Assembly: GCA_039621445.1 (NCBI GenBank)
Contig: CP154954.1
Location: forward strand, 25,928,954-25,992,953
Direction of reading: 5' to 3'
DNA length: 64,000 nucleotides
Origin: Euglena gracilis
Lineage: Eukaryota
Of this stretch, positions 63,720 to 64,000 are shown piece after piece. The notes below the pieces were generated by a model. The model searched no databases. It was given only the letters and a program-made list of their open reading frames with translations, and was not told where the DNA came from. The position numbers and the translations under genes are program-made. Every line of letters begins with the position of its first letter. Positions within the stretch are counted from its first letter, which is position 1.

Positions 63720-64000
63720 TGTCAGCTTCCGCTTCGTTCAGCCTCCCTCCTCCGCACCAACCACAGAAGAGAAGAAAAGAGACCCTACACACACAAAAGA
63801 GACACACGTCGTGTATACATACACGCAGCCCGAGCGGATACCCGTACACGGACTCGTCCGTAAGGAAAAAGTAGGCAAGTGACCGCACCGGCCGGGGAAC
63901 CAGTGGCGTTGCCCACTGGGGTGGGCGGTCCCAGGGAGCTCGGCCACAAGAGGCCGTTACAGCCACTTGCCCAACATCTCTCTCCAGAGATCGCACATGG
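63720..64000 (-). CDS. 3' end of a further minus-strand gene, unknown product (partial)
   Basis: Open frame from the window edge ...PRPVRSLAYFFLTDESVYGYPLGLR, a candidate short GT-AG intron at 63822-63785, then GLFSSLLWLVRRREAERSGS*. Confidence 0.35.

Larger units (their letters stand above)
52799..64000 (-). mobile_element. large multi-gene DNA transposon-like element (Academ-like), antisense to the host gene, other end outside window
   Basis: Abrupt switch to minus-strand genes; ~30 GCGGGTTTCCG/GCGGATTCCCG motifs from 52853 onward; no host MITEs or long microsatellites inside; candidate terminus TAGGCGGCGCGAATTGCCC at 52799. Confidence 0.65.

Overview
Eukaryotic nuclear DNA that looks euglenid (Euglenozoa), inferred from its intron architecture. 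Positions ~686-52339 (+) hold about 60 short GC3-rich exons of one very large NO VEIN/sacsin-like protein with a GHKL ATPase domain. The gene is open at both ends, and no DUF3883-like C-terminus is seen in the window. Its introns are a mix of GT(GC)-AG introns and at least 21 euglenid-type non-conventional introns, which lack GT-AG and have a stem starting at intron +4 (usually CAG) pairing with -6 (usually CTG). Key observation: the 3+5 nt left outside that stem equal an 8-bp target-site duplication. One intron (24185-24630) is an intact MITE with perfect 16-bp TIRs and a 6/8 TSD, from the same CAGG-ended, 8-bp-TSD family that sits free in other introns. Another (34749-34818) has a perfect 8-bp TSD. 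This suggests transposon-driven intron creation. From ~52799 to the window end lies an antisense element marked by ~30 copies of a GCGGGTTTCCG-like motif. It encodes a spliced Academ/DUF6589-like DDE transposase, a spliced ParB-domain protein with a possible degenerate amino-methyltransferase fold, and the end of a third gene. The host introns also carry many MITEs, microsatellites and tandem repeats. All protein family calls are from motif recognition by eye; no searches were run.
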